Shown one piece after another: positions 61,841 through 64,000 of a stretch of DNA of 64,000 nucleotides. The stretch lies in the sequence record OZ196212.1; one strand, 5' to 3'. Every line of letters begins with the position of its first letter. Positions within the stretch are counted from its first letter, which is position 1. The notes beneath the pieces are model-generated. The model did not search any database and was not told the DNA's origin. It saw nothing but the letters and a program-made list of their open reading frames with translations. Both the position numbers and the translations under genes were made by a program.

Positions 61841-63127
61841 ATGGAGAGAAAACTTACAGATATTGTAAATGATGAAGCACTTGAATATGCAATGTACACA
61901 ATCGAGAATCGAGCTTTAGCAAATGGCGTTGATGGTTTGAAACCAGTTCAACGCTTTGTGCTTTATAGCGTTCTGCGCGACGCATCGACATCGTTTGATA
62001 AGGTAGCAGCACTCGGTAGCTCAGTTTCAAAGATTGGTTACAATCACGGTGAGACTTCAGCTCAAGACGCTCTAGCGTTAATGGCAGCTAACTGGAAAAA
62101 CAACTTGTCGATTGTTGAAGGGCGCGGTAACTTCGGTTCGCGAATGGTACAAGAGCCCGCGTCTGCTCGTTACGTGTACGCGAAGCTGCACGAAAACTTC
62201 AAGCAATACTTCAAAGATATTCACCTTGCACCAGAACACAAAGACGTTGAACACGTCCCACCACAGTTCTACGTGCCCGTGATACCGACGATTCTATTGA
62301 ATGGTGTGTTCGGCGTTGCGACTGGCTTTGCGTGTAACATTCTACCGCACGATCCGAAATGGGTTAAGAAAGCAGTTGTTGAATATCTCAGCGGCAAAGA
62401 AATCAGTGAGCCAGTGATCATGTATCCCGAGTTCAATGGTCGCGTTGAGAAGCTTGAGCATAACAAGTACGCACAGATTGGTACAGTTGAGATTAGCGGT
62501 CTAACGGCAGTCGTTACAGAAGTTCCGACGACGTTCGATCACACAAAATATCTCGCAGTGCTTGACAAACTCGTAGAATCGGGTAAAATCAGTAGCTATG
62601 TTGATGAGACTAGCGAGACGTTTCAATTCAGAGTGCGTTGCAAGCGCGGGACGAAGATGGACGACGCGAATATCATAAAACTGTTAAAGCTTCAGTCTAA
62701 TGCGACTCAGAACATCAACGTTATCGACGAGAACTATGAGATTCGTCATTTTAACGATGTCAGAGAGCTTGTGAAGTGGTTCGTTGACTACAGACTAACG
62801 TTCTTACCAACTCGCATCAAAGACGCGATACAGACGACTACAGCGCGTTCTAGTTTAGCGATTGCGAAAGCGTCGTTCATCAAAGACGTTGTTAGTGGTA
62901 AGATTGTATTGTTCGGTAAGAAGCGTGCTGAAGTTTCAAAAGAGCTGAAAGCAGACGAGCGATATTCAACGCACGTAACTGAGCTTCTAAATATGTCGGT
63001 TGATAAAATGACCGACGATGAGATTGCAAAACTCGATAAAGACTCAGACACAGCGTTGAAAGAACTCGATTACTGGAATAAGACAACTCCGCAAAAAGAG
63101 TTTATCAAAGATCTAAAGGGTATATAA
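61841..63127 (+). CDS. 52: type II DNA topoisomerase medium subunit (T4 gp52, GyrA-like)
   Basis: RAL...DGLKPVQR, YNHGETS, GNFGS, SARY catalytic Tyr, P..L.NG..G. Confidence 0.95.
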   Translation: MERKLTDIVNDEALEYAMYTIENRALANGVDGLKPVQRFVLYSVLRDASTSFDKVAALGSSVSKIGYNHGETSAQDALALMAANWKNNLSIVEGRGNFGSRMVQEPASARYVYAKLHENFKQYFKDIHLAPEHKDVEHVPPQFYVPVIPTILLNGVFGVATGFACNILPHDPKWVKKAVVEYLSGKEISEPVIMYPEFNGRVEKLEHNKYAQIGTVEISGLTAVVTEVPTTFDHTKYLAVLDKLVESGKISSYVDETSETFQFRVRCKRGTKMDDANIIKLLKLQSNATQNINVIDENYEIRHFNDVRELVKWFVDYRLTFLPTRIKDAIQTTTARSSLAIAKASFIKDVVSGKIVLFGKKRAEVSKELKADERYSTHVTELLNMSVDKMTDDEIAKLDKDSDTALKELDYWNKTTPQKEFIKDLKGI

Positions 63128-63369
63128 TGAACAACATAATCGTAAATAACGGTTTTGTTCAAGTCACAGATCATGCTACACTATTCGGCGACGAAGAAGT
63201 TATCTTCGTCGATCCGATGAATCTCACTGATTTAGTGTGTTCACTTGGCTTGTACAAATCGAAATCTCAAGCTCGTCAAGCAAAGCGCGTTGGTGAGATA
63301 CCTCCCGGTTACTCAGAATTCAAAGGCAACAAGAAAACGCCTCTGTACGTCTGGAACCCAACAGAATAG
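63127..63369 (+). CDS. small S4-like RNA-binding-motif protein
   Basis: L...GLYKSKSQARQ matches the S4/TyrRS C-terminal L...G...SxSEARR pattern. Confidence 0.55.
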   Translation: MNNIIVNNGFVQVTDHATLFGDEEVIFVDPMNLTDLVCSLGLYKSKSQARQAKRVGEIPPGYSEFKGNKKTPLYVWNPTE

Positions 63370-63379
63370 GTGAAATACA

Positions 63380-63434
63380 CCTAATCCTTGACAATGAAGT
63401 TATAAATACTTAAAATATTGACAGAGATTAGGAG
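63380..63434 (+). promoter_or_regulatory. nested late and sigma70-like promoters inside an SD-pairing stem
   Basis: TATAAATA 63401-63408; TTGACA 63388-63393, 17 nt, TAAAAT 63411-63416; cctaatc 63380-63386 pairs with gattagg 63426-63432. Confidence 0.7.
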
Positions 63435-63440
63435 TATTAT

Positions 63441-64000
63441 ATGAGATATCCGGCACATCTTTTACTGAAAGAAACTTTGAGAGACAATAAGCCATATTTT
63501 TACTTGTGCAAGTGTGCAGTGCAGAAGAATGTTGATTCTTATAAGGGTTCTGGGTTAGTATGGCTATCAGTTTTAAAGAAATACAAATCGCCCGTTAAAA
63601 CAAGAATATTAGGAACGTATGACGATCATGACAGCTTCAAAGAGGCAGGTAGATTTTATAGTGAATTGCTCAATGTAGTTGAAGATGAAAATTTTGCAAA
63701 TTTAGTTCCTGAGTTAGGGGACGGTGGGTGGATAAATGATCAAACAGGCAAAACATGGACTATAAAAGACACTTCAAATATGAACGGGGGTCAGTGTTGG
63801 AATGACGATATTCGCGTGAAAGAAGCATCTGAGAGGATGAAAAAAGAAAATCCAATGCATTCTAATGATGTGCGCATGAAAATGTCGAGCACGAGAAAAA
63901 ATAACGGGACGTATAAAAGCGGAATTGACAACCCATCAGCCGTTGCATTGTGCTTGACGTTCAATGACGGGACGTGTATAATCGCCACAGGGAAACAATT
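63441..64000 (+). mobile_element. Seg-like GIY-YIG homing endonuclease gene, 3'-truncated by window edge
   Basis: Manual translation: MRYPAHLLLKETL...YLCK...YKGSGLVW...KKY...FANLVPELGDGG...NPMHS...KMSSTRK; AT-richer than neighbours; absent from ORF track. Confidence 0.75.

Noticed and set aside
500-63988. Most minus-strand and nested ORFs in the six-frame track (e.g. 790..1053, 15854..16147, 23345..23779, 58582..58953, 63791..63988)
   Set aside because: They are shadows of well-supported + strand genes, with no RBS, no motifs and atypical composition. Only 43623..44717, 46968..47540 and 52738..55068 are accepted on the minus strand.
1-64000. Prophage or bacterial chromosome origin of the window
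   Set aside because: No integrase, repressor, rRNA or bacterial housekeeping operons. Gene density, T4-type genes and promoter types indicate a lytic phage genome.

Overview
This window looks like a slice of a large lytic T4-like (Straboviridae) phage genome. Gene content (nadV, nadR, pnuC, denV, tk, class Ia nrdA/nrdB plus glutaredoxin, gene 52 topoisomerase subunit, T4-type late promoter motifs) resembles Vibrio phage KVP40-like viruses; this is recognition from motifs, not a database result. About 1-38 kb is a dense, almost entirely + strand run of small hypothetical genes, divided by a recurrent sigma70-type promoter cassette whose -35 box often sits inside a terminator hairpin. A candidate replication origin lies at about 5.4-5.9 kb (local G/C skew flip, 10-bp tandem repeats, inverted repeat). 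The most interesting part is 38.1-47.0 kb. A late-promoter gene with an SD-sequestering hairpin encodes a 177-aa protein with a phage adhesin-like N-terminus and a Thr/Ser-rich C-terminus. In that C-terminus all 11 Arg residues fall opposite an aromatic residue across a Cys-closed turn (i+j=240), which implies a long cation-pi-zippered beta-hairpin needle. It heads a cluster of modification enzymes: HP-motif transferase, QueC-like ATPase, 2OG-Fe(II) oxygenase, divergent type II phosphoribosyltransferase, two twitch-type radical SAM enzymes, GT-B glycosyltransferase and a nucleotidyltransferase-kinase fusion. A second GT4 + radical SAM block lies at 52.7-55.1 kb. The working hypothesis (inference) is a phage-encoded system that chemically decorates a virion fibre. 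No tRNA, rRNA, CRISPR array or integrase was seen. Many CDS starts were corrected by eye from the ORF track to the ATG with a ribosome-binding site (RBS).
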